Origin: Octopus bimaculoides
Lineage: Eukaryota
Assembly: GCF_001194135.2 (NCBI RefSeq)
Contig: NC_068985.1
Coordinates: forward strand, 105,700,999 to 105,764,998
Direction of reading: 5' to 3'
DNA length: 64,000 nucleotides
The translations under genes were made by a program, and so were the position numbers. A model generated the notes under the pieces. It made no database searches, had not been told where the DNA came from, and saw nothing but the letters and a program-made list of their open reading frames with translations. Positions 1-12,623 of this stretch are shown piece after piece. How positions within the stretch are numbered: the stretch's first letter is position 1; each line of letters starts with the position of its first letter.

Positions 1-849
1 TATATATATATATATATATATATATTAAAAGTAAAAGAGTCAAAAGGAAGAGTAAGTATAGTTAGGCAGCTTTTTAATCACTACAAATGTTTTGATACAT
101 ACAGATCCTCGTATATACAGGATTTAAAGTTAAGTTTAAATTAAATTATGTAACAAGGATCTGTATGTATCGAAGCATTTGTAGTGATTAAAAAGCTGCC
201 TTTCATCCTTTCGGGGTCGATAAATTAAGTACCAGTGATACACTGAGGATCGATGTAATCGACTTACCCTTCCCCCGAAATTGCTGGCCTTGTACCAAAA
301 TTTGAAACTAATATTAGTGACTGACAGGCAGAACAATGATGGTAGTAGCAGCGCTAAGCCTTGCAGAGAAGTAAACGAACTTTAGATTAGTTCAAATATG
401 TTTATAACAAATTTTACCTTCTAAAGGAAGTTTCACTACAGTTTATCATGGAGTAAAAATGTTCGCAGATGATAAAGGGTGTTTTTACATCTTATCTTCT
501 CAGTGTTGAGCAAACCAAAAGTTTCTCATGACCAAAACACATACGAACAATCTTTAAAGCAACCATTTTAGACATGCCTACTTGCTGTCGTGTGCAGTGA
601 GGCAAAAAGGAGTATAAGTTATATCTAAGCTATTGAGTTATTCCCCTTAGATCAGTTAGCTAGATACATGTTTTGGATATTATTAAACAGAAAATAAAAC
701 GATAAACGTCGCCCTTTCAAAGCCTAGTCAGGCTCATGGGCCCGGTTTCTATGGCGTATGTGACTCTTTTTCTCCCCCCCCCCCCCACCATTCTGGATGG
801 TACAGTAAATGGGAGGGTCACTACTTCCGTACCCAAACAGATCAAAACC

Positions 850-1060
850 TTGAAGTTTCAGGACCTGATGATGAACTATATCTTCCAGCCGATGGCATTT
901 GAGAAATTTGGAGTTACTGGGTCACTAACCGCGAAATTCTTGTCATTGGTGGTAGCTCACTTCATCAAAGCTGCAGGTGATGCCCATGAGGGTGCTTGAC
1001 TTTTCCAATGCCTTAGCCTCACCCATGAGTATGTTGGCTTGCTTAGGTAGGTTCCATTGA
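850..1060 (+). mobile_element. CRE-like non-LTR retrotransposon C-terminal (restriction-like endonuclease) fragment
   Basis: 'NYIFQPMAFEKFGVTGSLTAKFLSL...GDAHEGA*LFQCLSL' resembles the CRE-clade 'F.P.A.E.lG..g.....fL......GD.RE..fLfQRiS' motif; contains stops. Confidence 0.5.
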
Positions 1061-1164
1061 ACCTTGTGGTGTGTGACCAACTGAAGCACTTGGTGCTGCA
1101 TTGTTGTCTTTTCTGTCTCCCTTTTTTTCTTGTTTTTCTTTTGTAAAATATATTCTTGATCATT

Positions 1165-1460
1165 TATATATATAAAGATGAGTATGTGTCTGTCTGAATC
1201 CCTAAACCTTGAGAACTACAGAACCAATTTCATTCAAATTTTACACATGCCTTACTTAGGGTCCATGTAGTGTCATAGGCCCAAAAAAATTTTTTAACTT
1301 CTTGCCTAGTGTGAGCCCAGAGCAATATCATATCTCCTCCACTATTTCAGTATTACGTGTCAAAAGTGAAACAATAACATCTCTCTATTGTAATGTCAGA
1401 TATTTTCACTTTAATAGTTTCACTTTAATACTGAAACTATTAAAGTGAAACTGTTATCTC
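1165..1460 (+). mobile_element. Possible non-autonomous Helitron-like 5' fragment
   Basis: TATATA..GTATGTGTCTGTCTG..GAACTACAGAACCAATTTCATTCAAATTTT, a 5' pattern typical of these elements (recognition only). Confidence 0.3.
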
Positions 1461-1582
1461 ACATATATACAGGCATACATACATATATACATACATATAT
1501 ATAATATACCAAGCAGTAAAGAGAGACACAAAAAAACAGACACACATGCACACATTTATATATATATATATGTATACACATA

Positions 1583-2034
1583 CAGGTCATCATTGACTTA
1601 AGACCTATGCAACTTATGACCAGTCAACTTTACAACAATTGGCGTGCCAGCTCCCAGCAGCAATAATATATAGTCCAGTTGAAATCTAACGGCTTTAATT
1701 TCTTAGAAATTAACTCAACGGATGATGTCAGCTAACAAACACTTCCCATAGATTTGGTTATCGATTGCCACTGTGGTTATTCCATGTGTTGGATGAGAAA
1801 TCGAGGCAACCTTGTATTTGTTTACAAGATGACTGCTTGGGACTCCGAAATTTTTTACTAACACCAGTATAATAGAATAATACAGAATGCTGTATGTGAC
1901 TTTTACCTGAGAATGTACCTTAAGAATGTAAAAATATAAAACAAAGCTATGTATAGGCCTATAGGCTGACTTACAACCAAATCGACTTACAACTAGTCAG
2001 TCGGAACCAATTGCGGTTGTTAGTTTATGACGAC

Positions 2035-2037
<3 letters not shown>
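1583..2037. mobile_element. pogo/Tigger-type MITE
   Basis: Imperfect TIRs CAGGTCATCATTGACTTAAGAC / GTTGTTAGTTTATGACGACCTG; TA on the left flank. Confidence 0.6.
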
Positions 2038-2094
<57 letters not shown>

Positions 2095-2099
2095 TACAC

Positions 2100-2824
2100 A
2101 CACCTGCAGATGAAATGGCCTCAACCTTCTTTGGAGTAAAGTGAAGATGGGTATTTCTGCTGCATGGATTGTTTCTGTCTCTGGCTCAAAGTGATGAACC
2201 CACAACACTCATCCTGGGTCAGCTGGATCTACCTGAAACAATGTCAAATTTTCCCATGATGTGATCAGCCTCGTGTATCTTTGATCAGGTGTCAAAAGAC
2301 TTGGCACCCACCAAACAGAAACCTTCATCATGCCAAGTTTATTGTGCAGAATATGCTCAACTTTCTCACATGGAATATGCTAATAGCATTAGTTATTTGA
2401 TTTATAGTCAATCGCCCATCATTCATCAGCATATGGTGAACATGATCAATGTTTTCCTCAGTGAAGGTAGTTGCAGGTCATCCAGATGCTAGGTCGTCTT
2501 CAAACTTCTCCTTTCTCCTAAATTCAGCTGCCCACTTTTGCACAGTTGATAAAACTGGAGCATCATCCCTTAATGTAGCAACCATATCAGCATAAACGTC
2601 CTTTTTCTGCAAGTACTTGATAACACCATGATGCTAAATTTTGTCCATTTTCAAGAGAAGTCACTACTAGTTACTTTTGAAGTTTTCTTTGAACAGTCAG
2701 ATGTCAGTTTACCTGTTAAAAACAATGCAGTTATTAATAAGAAGTGTTGAAATTAAGACATGCAAGATTTCACAGCTCTTGCATCACTCCATCATCAGCC
2801 TATGAACTTTTCAGGCTACCCTCA
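2100..2824 (-). mobile_element. Decayed mariner transposon (5' part)
   Basis: TIR TATGAGGGTAGCCTGAAAAGTTC at ~2826; decayed ORF 'MDKI*HHGVIKYLQKK...TVQKWAAEFRR...EDD' and 'WVHHFEPET'. Confidence 0.8.
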
Positions 2825-3029
2825 TAAACGATGATGGTGATGATGATTTGGAGAAGGATTCCCCCCTTCTCCAATCAAGCTTTGTTTAAAGTTTATGATA
2901 TATAGGACAACTGTGTTGGAGTGTCCCTTGTCTGAAGGTGTTGGTTATGTTATTTATGATGAAAGTGGGTATAAAGTTAAGATTAAAAATTAGAAACAAA
3001 AGGAGAATTGAAAATTAAATACAATTAAT

Positions 3030-3035
3030 TTTATT
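3030..3035 (-). terminator. Candidate polyadenylation signal (AATAAA) for PRA1
   Basis: tttatt on + strand, ~650 nt past the stop, within AT-rich non-repeat sequence; alternative ATTAAA sites lie closer. Confidence 0.35.
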
Positions 3036-3682
3036 TTGCTTTGTTTATATATCTTTGCTGAGTCTTCTTTCAAAAATCAGATCGTTTATATTAATTGTAA
3101 ACCACATTAAAAAAAAAGAAATGACTTCCATAAAATAAGTGGTTTCATATATGATTAAATAAATGGGATATCAAGTATCATGCACAATTGTATTTTTAAA
3201 TATTTCAGATATTTGATGAACCAGGTGGGAAATAATAACCAAAATGTGCAAATATTATTTAGCTAGGCATTACCCATGCCATTACCAGGTATTAAGTAGA
3301 AGCAGTTAATGGAGAAAATAATGGTATTAGTCAACTAATATGAAAGACTATCTATTCATTGGTACATTAAAATCCAAGTGAATTTAGTTAAAACTCTGCA
3401 ATACTGACAAAGTAGAAAATTGTCACAGCCCAAGAAATATATAAAAATAATGTTTAATTCTCATTCCAAAACAAATATATTGAATGCTTACAAAGAAATG
3501 CTTTGTTATAATTTTTCACAGAATCCCATTAGGCTAAACATTATCAGCCACTTGATCAGTAAACCTAAGTACTAGTCATTATTTGCACAGTTGAATATTT
3601 TAATGAGAAACAGAAAAAAAGAGAATCCATTGTAATCTGAAAACTCTTGGTGGTGAGTTACATGCAAAAAATTGTTTCCTCC

Positions 3683-3774
3683 TCATACAGATTCCATTTC
3701 CAAGTCAAAACCCTCTTGTTCCTCAGCTCCGTTATACATTATTGCATGCAAACCGATCACAAAGAAAGAAGCTC
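3683..3774 (-). CDS. RABAC1: PRA1/RABAC1 coding exon 5 (ASFFVIGLHAIMYNGAEEQEGFDLEMESV*)
   Basis: Acceptor TTTATTTCAG|; 92 nt ending in TGA at 3685-3683; the acidic C-terminus ending 'MESV' parallels vertebrate 'MEPV'; exons sum to 585 nt = 194 aa + stop. Confidence 0.95.
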
Positions 3775-4777
3775 CTGAAATAAACAAATATATGAAAATA
3801 TAGTGGCAGCTTGAAAGATGGTGGCAACATTATGTGTGTGTCTATAGAACAGGCTCTTTCAGTTTCCGTCTACCAAATGCAATAACAAGGGTTTGGTCAG
3901 TTCAGGGGTATCACAGAAGGCATTTGTCCAAGATATTGTGCAATGTGACTGAAGCTAAATCAAGTAGTTGGGAAGTAAATTTCTAACCACACAGACACAT
4001 CTGTGCCTACACAGCAATGTGTATATATGTATGCGTCGTCGCCTTCCTGGCACGTGAAAAGACATTCGAGTGAGATCGTTGCCAGTACCGCTGGACTGGC
4101 TTCTGTGTAGGTGGCACGTAAAATACACCATTTCACTGGCAGCTGCCAGTATGATTTTCATCTGCTCTTAATATATTTTTCTGTTTTAAAACACAGCATG
4201 TCCACATGAGGTATTATCTCATGATGCATACTGCAGTAAACTTGTCTATCATTATGGATCAAAATTAAGTGCAATAAACAAATAGATACATCATGCTTAG
4301 AAAATTGTAGTCAAGGCCAGTGTGGGTGACATTTAAAAGGCACTTGTGCAGGTGACACATAAAAGGTACCTGTGCCGGTGATACGTTAAAGGCACCGTGC
4401 CAGTGACATGTACAAGACACTCGGTACATTCTGTTGAATGACTGGCATTAGGAAGGGCATTTAGCCATAGAAACCAAGCCAAAACAGACTGGGGCCTAGT
4501 GCAGCTCTTTGGCTTACCAGTTCCAATCACACCGTCTTACCCATGTCAGCATGGAAAATGGACACAAAATGATGATGATGATGATAATGATAATACTAAA
4601 ATATTGATTTAGTGCCACAAATTTATAGAATTGGGAAATAGAATCATAATGATCATACTCTCTCAAGCTGAAATCACAACAATATTTGTATACTCATAGA
4701 ATAAGGAAACTACAATTTATTATGCAACATTTTTTGCTGCAATAAATAGTAAGATGGAAAGGAAAAATAATACACAC

Positions 4778-4879
4778 CAATAACCCAGAAAACAGCCGAA
4801 CCAGCTCCAGCTACCCAAAAAAGTGGGAAAGATAAAACTCCAACACCAGCATACTGTTGGCCTAAACTCAGTTCATGAC
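4778..4879 (-). CDS. RABAC1: PRA1/RABAC1 coding exon 4 (HELSLGQQYAGVGVLSFPLFWVAGAGSAVFWVI-G)
   Basis: Acceptor TTTGTTTACAG| and donor G|GTGTGT; 102 nt, phase 1-1; near-invariant PRA1 motif 'SFPxFWxAGAGSAVFWV'. Confidence 0.96.
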
Positions 4880-5566
4880 CTGTAAACAAAGAAACAAGTT
4901 AATAACAAAATATATCATTTATATATATTATTGTGTAACTTCCCTTTATAACACATAGTTTATATAAGACATAATTTCTTATTTAGGTGCAGGCATGGAG
5001 TGTGGTTAACAAGCTTACTTTTCAACCATATCATCTCAGTAATCGATGGTTGGAGACTTTTCCTGTGACCAGCTCTTGTTTTTCAAGCACAGTTCTTTCA
5101 GTCCCACTGCAGGACAGCTTGGGCAAGTGCCTTCTACAATAGCCCCAGGTCTACAAAAGCTTTGCGAGTTCATTTGGTAGACAGTATTGAAAAATTGGTT
5201 GCAAAACTAATAAATCAGTCTGCATTCAATGTCAAAAGGACAGATGGTGAAGAATAGATATTAGAAAAGCTAAGTAAAGGATATAGAAAAATGGAAATAA
5301 AATTCTGACCTATGAATATAATAACAGTTAACAAATAGGCACAGGTATGACTGTCTGGATTAAGAAGTTCACTTTTCGGCCATGTAGTTTCTGCTTCAGT
5401 CCCACTGTGTGGTACTTTGTGCAAGTGTTTTCTACTAGAGCCCCAGGCCACATAGTTTTGGATTCAGTCCGACTGTGTGGCATCTTGGGCATGTGACTCC
5501 CACTACACTGTACAGTTAACCCATTATATTAACAAAAAAGAATAATATAATTATTTTGTTACATAC

Positions 5567-5664
5567 CCATGATTGTACGTTTTTTCTCTTGGTTTTTCAA
5601 ACTGATGATGTAACATGCACCAAGACAGGCAGCTAGTGCTATTAACAGCAATGGTGATGTCAGG
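5567..5664 (-). CDS. RABAC1: PRA1/RABAC1 coding exon 3 (I-LTSPLLLIALAACLGACYIISLKNQEKKRTIM-G)
   Basis: Acceptor TTTCTCTTTCTTTCAG| and donor G|GTATGT; 98 nt; matches the PRA1 'TSPxLL.ALA...GACY' segment; missed by the ORF track. Confidence 0.95.
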
Positions 5665-6661
5665 CTGAAAGAAAGAGAAATTATTTCAAATTTTGGCAAA
5701 ATACTCAACTAAAATCCATATACAGCCAACAACAAAAGGAAATATCAACAACAATTATTATAAACACTGTCAAGTTTAATAAACTTCCTATTTGTGGTGA
5801 AGCAAAAGAAAATACCTCAGTTATTTTAATCTTTTAATAAATTGATGACTTCAGGACTTAGATGAGAGAATTTTTGTTGAGATAGAAATAACATGAAAAA
5901 CTTAAACCTTCAATTAATTACTAAACTGGTGCTAAGTGGTGGCATTCATATTCTGATAGATTAGAAACCTTTTAAAGATAACTAGGTTAATTATTAAATT
6001 TTAATAGTTTGTTTGGTCTGGTAAAAGAGGTTTATGTACATGGCCCTCAAAGGCCCTCCAAGACCATTAAGGTCCAATACAGTTGAACCACTGCAAGACG
6101 GAAATTCCAGAAGTCTGATGTTCTGGACAAGACAAATTCAGAATATTGGTTAGTACAGCCTAGGGAGACAAACACAGTATGGGTGCAAGGGAAGAGTGGA
6201 TCACATAAGACTGGATGGAAGTAGAATGAAATCAGCCAGATCTAAGGAGCAGAAGACACTGTAATTGATGAAAGGAAAGACAGTGAGAGGAGATGACATG
6301 TCTATAGGTTGAATAACTCCATGCCTATCAATGTGGCTTTAAGTGAAACACCATCTACTAAACATCAAGTTGGAACTTTACATTGGTAAAATACGGCTCA
6401 TAAAGTTTTCAGATAACAACATAAGAAATATTGAAAAATGCTGAGTTTTCAAAATTCATAAAGTCAACAGTTAGTAGCAGTTCAACTTTCTTTTTATAGC
6501 AAACAGCAGATCAGAAAGCATACGCTGAACATGGCTGTGAATTTTAAAAAAGCTGCTACATAATCAAATGATTTCAGGTTCAGTGCAACAGCACTGCACT
6601 ACCCAATGCCTTGTGAGTGATTTTCTTGAATAGAAAGTATGTGTGGAAACCTTTTGTATGT

Positions 6662-6990
6662 ATCATCATCATCGTTTAACGTCCGCTTTCCATGCTAGCA
6701 TGGGTTGGACGACTTGACTGAGGACTGGTGAAACCGGATGGCAACACCAGGCTCCAATCTAAATTTGGCAGAGTTTCTACAGCTGGATGCCCTTCCTAAC
6801 GCCAACCACTCAGAGAGTGTAGTAGGTGCTTTTACGTGTCACCTGCACGAAGGCCAGTCAGGCGATACTGGCAACGGCCACACTTGAAATGGTGTCTTTT
6901 ATGTGCACAAGCCAGTCCAGGGGCACTGGCAATGATCTCGCTCGAAAATCCTACGGAAGCCAGTCAGGCGGTACTGGCAACGGCCACAAT
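6662..6990 (-). mobile_element. SINE family C (GGAAGGGCATCCAGCTGTAGAAAC core, (TGA)n tail), representative copy
   Basis: Near-identical copies at 28611-28804 and 60587-60806; older copies ~4370-4590(+), 7490-7640(+), 7855-8020(+), 22800-22975, 26375-26612, 27140-27510, 50480-50670(+), 62446-62592. Confidence 0.85.
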
Positions 6991-8357
6991 TGTATTTATT
7001 CACCCCTCTCCACCACATGACAGCCAGTGTTGTTTTGTTTCCATAGCTTAACAGTTCAACAAAATAGATAATAGAAAAGTACCAAACATAAAAAAAAATA
7101 AGTACTGGGGTTGATCTCATTTGAAGATTGTGCCCCATTATGGCCATAGTCCAATGACAAACAAGTAAATGAGTAGCTCAAATTTAGGTTTCTGTGTATA
7201 ATAAATTATATTGTATTGTCTATGAAGATATTTTGATAAATCAAAAGAAAACCATTGTCCTGACATGATCTAGTAAATATCTTAATTTCTCTTATATAAA
7301 AAAAAAAAAACAGTTTTATGAAAATCTATTCATCTATTTCTCCTCGTCCGCAAAACTTGTATAAGAGTGTATTGTGTTTGACAGCAAAAATTAATCTGGC
7401 AACTTTTGTTGAAGCTTTCATTTGCTTCTTAGGAGCAACTGACCTATGCTCAACTGCCATTGGCACAAAACCCTTCTCCACTTCAGTCTTTGAATACATA
7501 AAAGCACTCAGCACACACTGTAAAGTGGTTGGCATTAGGAAGGACATCTAACTAAGCCAAATCAGACTGGAACCTTGTGCAGCTCTCCTACTTGCCAGCT
7601 CTGGTCAAACTGTCCAGCCCATACCAGCATGGAAAACAGACATTAAAGGATAATGATATATATATATATATGCTTTCAAAAATTAAAGCACAACTTAATA
7701 AATTCTATGAACACAGGTCAAGTTTTTCCTTCTACTTTTCTCTCTCTCTGTGTCCTGGCTGCTATTTGGGGGTAATCAAGTTACCCCTTGCTTTCCTTGT
7801 TTTGCAACTGAGTTTTCCGGGTTGGCTGACCTTTCTGTTTCTGTCTGTCTTAGCAGCTATTTCCTGCTCAGAGAGGTTGGCATTAGGAAAGGCATCCAGC
7901 CATAGAAACCATGCCAAATCAGACTGGAGGCTGGTGCAACCCCTCAGCTTACAAGTCCTGGTCAAACTATCCAACCCATGCCAGCATAGACAACAGACAT
8001 TAAATGACATTGATGATGATGAAAAATACAGGTACATCACTGATTTTACAGGCACTGATGGTCCAGAACCTCTTATAACCAGCACTAATTTACAAGCAGG
8101 AACTTCAAATTCTCATGGCTGCCCCAATCAAATTCTCGTGGCTTGCACGATATAGTATTAATAAACTTGTATCATTTATACTAATGTACAAGTACTTGTA
8201 TTTCATTTAATTACATAAGTGAATTTAATATTTGTTTAATTTAGAGTATGAGCACCCATGACTCAGAAAAATCAGTCATATGGAATGGCTTTGGAAGCAA
8301 AGGTGCCAGAAAATTGATGTTGTACCAGAATTCTGAGAGAGGGGAAAAATCACTTAC

Positions 8358-8570
8358 ATACAAACAATGACTAAACCAATAAACACGAACAAGTAATTGC
8401 TCTGGAAATCTTCAATGTTTTTCATTGTGTATTTGGGTACCTCAGCAAGATTCTTAGGAATTCGAAATTTAGAAGTGTTCAGGAACTCGCCCCATGGTTT
8501 AATGGTTTCTCGTTTCTTTTGAAACCATTCCCGTGCAGCAACACTTGACAATGTCACAGACATTTTGGAC
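8358..8570 (-). CDS. RABAC1: PRA1/RABAC1 coding exon 2 (SKMSVTLSSVAAREWFQKKRETIKPWGEFLNTSKFRIPKNLAEVPKYTMKNIEDFQSNYLFVFIGLVIVC)
   Basis: Acceptor TTTATTGCAG|G and donor AT|GTAAGT; 213 nt, phase 2-2; hallmark PRA1 motifs (REW...I(K/R)PW.EF, N...FQSNYLFVF). Confidence 0.96.
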
Positions 8571-9639
8571 CTGCAATAAAAGGAAAGGTGGCATTTAGTG
8601 ACATAAATAACAAAGAGAATCTTCTTAAACAAATCATAGAATTTCTTTCTTGGATATTTTTGGATAAAGTTCTTATGTAATCTTGTGTTGAAACATTGTA
8701 TCTTAGTTGTTATTTATCAAAAGAATTGAATGATTTTCAGAGTATGTTTGACTAATCAATATGAAAACATTGTTATTTGGTTAAGAAGTTTACTATGTGG
8801 TTTCAAATTCAGTCCCACTGTGTAGCACACCTTGCGTGTCTTCTACAATAGACCCAGGTTGATCAGAGCCTTGTGAGTGGATTTGTTAGACAGAAACTGA
8901 AAGAAGCCCATCATGCATGGGTGTGTTAGTGCTTCTTTGTCTTGACATCATGCAGCAGTTGTAAGTAAGTGTCACTGCCATATATGTAGTGTCATTAATT
9001 TCAAACTTTCTATTAAAACATGTCTGAAATGTTACCTTGCTTGGAAACAGTTAAAGAATTATGACAGGAAGAGCACCCAGCTGTAAAAAAATATCTACCT
9101 CAATGTACTCGACATTAAAATAATGATATTGATGATAATTTTATCAGGGATGTTATTTATATTTGTAAACTAATGGTTATGAAGGATAACCTTAGCATGT
9201 TATGTAGAAACTCACATCAAAATCACAACTATCTGAAATTAATAATAAAAAGAAATTGTTTAATGATTGAGTACACTATTAAGGTGCACTTTGATTTTCT
9301 AACTAATTCAAAATCTTGAGTTTTCTGAAGTATCACAGAAGGTAAGTTCATTTTTATTGGTAAGGGGACAAAGATGGGGTGGGGGATGCCTCTGTGGACA
9401 CATGGTAGGATTTTGGAAATTACAGTTTGGAGTGTGATGTGAAGACTGTGTGGGTGCATATTTGAACATAAACACATGGCAACTGTTTGAGAATAGTCAC
9501 TCACATATGCTCAAAACGCATACCTTCATGACTCTTAAATAACAGTAGATGCAGGATTCCAAAACAGAGAAAAACGTTCATCAGGAGAATAAAAAGAATA
9601 AACTAAAAAATCAGTACTCTAAAATACCACCATCAGCAG

Positions 9640-10345
9640 CAGCCCCAAATAAGAACATTAACAACCTTGGAATCTGTGAACTCTCATAAACTAAAGAGCC
9701 GCAGAGGAAGCCTGGGCTATTAAAAACATCAAGAATAATCCTAAGGTCTTTTACTCCTTTGCAACCCACACAGGACCAGTTTCCTCTTTCAGCCCACAGG
9801 TTGATTGAAATGGCACCCTTCACAGTAATGCCAAAGACATGGCTGAGATCCTGCAAAGTCAATACTGCTCTGTCTTCAGTAACCCTGATTCAGTTGACTC
9901 AAGCAGCTTTGCCTCTTTGAATCTTCAACATGTCCTTTCCGACATAACCTTCAATGCTACTGACATCCTAACAGCAATAAAAGAAATCAAACCTGATCCA
10001 GCAATGGGCCCTGACAGGTTCCCTACTAGAGTGCTGAAGGAATGCAGACAGCAACTTGCAGCACCTCTGGAGGAAATCACTGTATGTCAGTTTTATCCCT
10101 CAAAACCTTCTCTCCCAGTCAGTCATTCATATCTTTAAAAAAGAGAATAAATCGCTCCCAGTAAACTACCGTCCAGTCTTACTTACCTCGCATATCAAAA
10201 TATCTGAGAGTGTGCTGAGATCAAGACTAACAGCCTTCCTAGAGCAAAATCATCTAAATTGCAACCAGCATGGTTTTCATGGTGGGAGGGACTGTCTAAC
10301 ACAGCTCCTCCACCACTTTGATGACATCTTAAATTTTATTGTCCC
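9640..10345 (+). mobile_element. CR1-clade LINE reverse-transcriptase fragment (in PRA1 intron 1)
   Basis: 'IKNIKNNPKVFYSF', 'MAEILQSQYCSVFS', 'AMGPDRFPTRVLKEC', 'NYRPVLLTS', 'QHGFHGGRDCLTQLL'; frameshifted. Confidence 0.85.
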
Positions 10346-10864
10346 TGAAATGATGAAAGGTAATGTCGACCTCGGCAGAATTTGAACTCAAAACCTAGCA
10401 GCAGAGAAAATAACGCTAAGCATTTCGCCTGGCATGCTAACAATTCTGCCAGCATGCCGCTTTAATGTAATATAATAATATAATATGATACAAATATATG
10501 TGAATGTCAGTGTGTCACACTTTTTCAACTAGCCCAACATATACCATTTTGGAATCAGGCTGACTCCATGAGTAAATTAAAAAATATTCCGGGCCGAATC
10601 CAGACCCATAATTCTGAACTTTTGGATTCCCAAGTTTATATTATTGTGATTGTTTTTGGCGATGTTTTTACATGACTTTTTGCGACAAATTTTTTTGTTC
10701 GATAACAATTTTTATAATCTAAAAGCTAACTCCGTGAGTAAATTAAAAACATTCCAGGCCGAATCTGGATCTGCAATCCTGAAATTTTGGATTCCTATGT
10801 TTTCATTACTATGATTGTTTTTGGCGATTTTTTTTTTTTTAACATGATTTTTTTGCAACGAATA

Positions 10865-10950
10865 CGATCATCATTGAGATATGACTTGGAGGAAGCAATT
10901 GCAACAAATTCTCCAAAACAAGTCAGAGATCTGTTTGCAGATCTTCTACC
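10865..10950 (+). mobile_element. Short Helitron Rep/helicase fragment
   Basis: 'LEEAIATNSPKQVRDLFA' resembles the Helitron 'LEEA....SP.QLR.LFA' motif; preceded by a ~170-bp tandem duplication (10560-10860). Confidence 0.45.
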
Positions 10951-11321
10951 CATTCAGGGTCAGTTGCTAAACGCTACATACTAGCTTTTAAGCTCGTATA
11001 TATATTTATATATATATATATATATATACATACATACATACATATCATCATCAGGGGGNNNNNNNNNNNNNNNNNNNNNNNNNNNNNNNNNNNNNNNNNN
11101 NNNNNNNNNNNNNNNNNNNNNNNNNNNNNNNNNNNNNNNNNNNNNNNNNNNNNNNNNNNNNNNNNNNNNNNNNNNNNNNNNNNNNNNNNNNNNNNNNNNN
11201 NNNNNNNNNNNNNNCGAAATAAGATTAAGATTAATGTAATATAAAGCTGAAGCAAATTAACACCAAATATACAGTGCATGTGTTTTTATTGGCTAAACTG
11301 GCAATATGACCATCCCCAAGT

Positions 11322-11372
<51 letters not shown>

Positions 11373-11773
11373 CATACATACATATCATCATCAGGGGGCG
11401 TATTCATTGTGGGTGTGTTAAATAAACACTGCCAAAGATGGTAAAATTCCTACATAAGAATTCTATTTCTATTCTTCCAGTCAGCGAGATATTATCTAGA
11501 CGTGGTTTGGGTAAATTATATAAATCTGCGGGCATAAAATATATTCAGAAAAAGTTTTGCTTAAATAAGAAAAGTTATATGACCGCAGGCATACAAGTTG
11601 TTTATATATGTATATATGCCGTGGGGATAGAATGTGTTTGTGACACCAAACCACACACGTTTTTTACCTCAATATTTACAAGCTATTTATAGCATATCTG
11701 CTGCGATATCCAACGTTTCAAAAAATAATTATCTATTTCATATTCTCTCAAAGCCTATAAATCCTTATGAGAT

Positions 11774-11800
<27 letters not shown>

Positions 11801-11810
<10 letters not shown>

Positions 11811-12108
11811 TTAGGGAAAATAACCAATTTTCAAGAACTCATCGATGAAAATCTACTATCACATATAGAAAAATTAATAATTAAAAGCACAATAAATGAG
11901 TATAATATAAAGTAAAGTAAATATCATAAGATAAATATAATAAAAAGATTACACGTGTAATCTTTTTATTATATTTATCTTATGATATTTACTTTACTTT
12001 ATATTATACTCATTTATTGTGCTTTTAATTATTAATTTTTCTATATGTGATAGTAGATTTTCATCGATGAGTTCTTGAAAATTGGTTATTTTCCCTAAAA
12101 CTATATAT
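11801..12108. repeat. Perfect spacerless palindrome, 308 bp (154-bp arms)
   Basis: Centre ACAC|GTGT at 11954/11955; arms checked base by base. Confidence 0.95.
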
Positions 12109-12210
12109 TTTATATATACTTTATCTATAAGGCTCAATTTAATTTTAATTTTTTATAATTTGATTTTAATTGAGATTTTTACCTGTAATTTTGGATTTTG
12201 TCCCTAATAT

Positions 12211-12258
<48 letters not shown>

Positions 12259-12536
12259 GTTAATAACTGTTATATTATTTAGGTGCGTAAAATATACTAA
12301 CAAAATAAAGTTTTGTTTAAATAAGTTACATGATCACAAACATGCCGATCGATTATTTATATATAGTACATACACATACGCGCGTTATTAGTCAGACATG
12401 AACTGGTTTTTTCATGTGACTATTTTTATTTTGATTAGCCATCACTACTTTTTGTTTGCTAAAATATTGGTATTAAATGTAATCAATATCCATTTTCTTT
12501 TTAACGTTTAATATGACGGTTTTTCATGGATTTCGC

Positions 12537-12623
12537 GGCGAAGGCAAAGAATACGCCCGGGGTCTGGCGTTAGGTTTAGGGTTACGCTGAAAACAGGTGG
12601 TGTGCGTATTCTTTACCTCAGCC
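12537..12623 (+). mobile_element. GGCG-terminated mini-MITE with telomere-like core (87 bp)
   Basis: TIR GGCGAAGGCAAAGAATACGC / GCGTATTCTTTACCTCAGCC; internal TTAGGTTTAGGGTTA; degenerate TSD GATTTCGC/GATTTTAC. Confidence 0.7.

Noticed and set aside
7326-7547. 73-aa minus-strand ORF in PRA1 intron 2 with faint mariner-like flavour
   Set aside because: No diagnostic motif, no splice support, and partly overlaps a SINE.
8354-8632. ORF-track start and end for the PRA1 fragment
   Set aside because: The true exon is 8358-8570 by splice signals; the upstream 'MFKKILF...' is intronic. The internal ATG at 8563 cannot be excluded as an alternative start.
10995-11400. Direct repeat ...CATACATATCATCATCAGGGGG on both sides of a gap (similarly 38645-38740 vs 38884-38978, and 24920-25096)
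   Set aside because: Duplications abutting N gaps are most likely unmerged contig overlaps.
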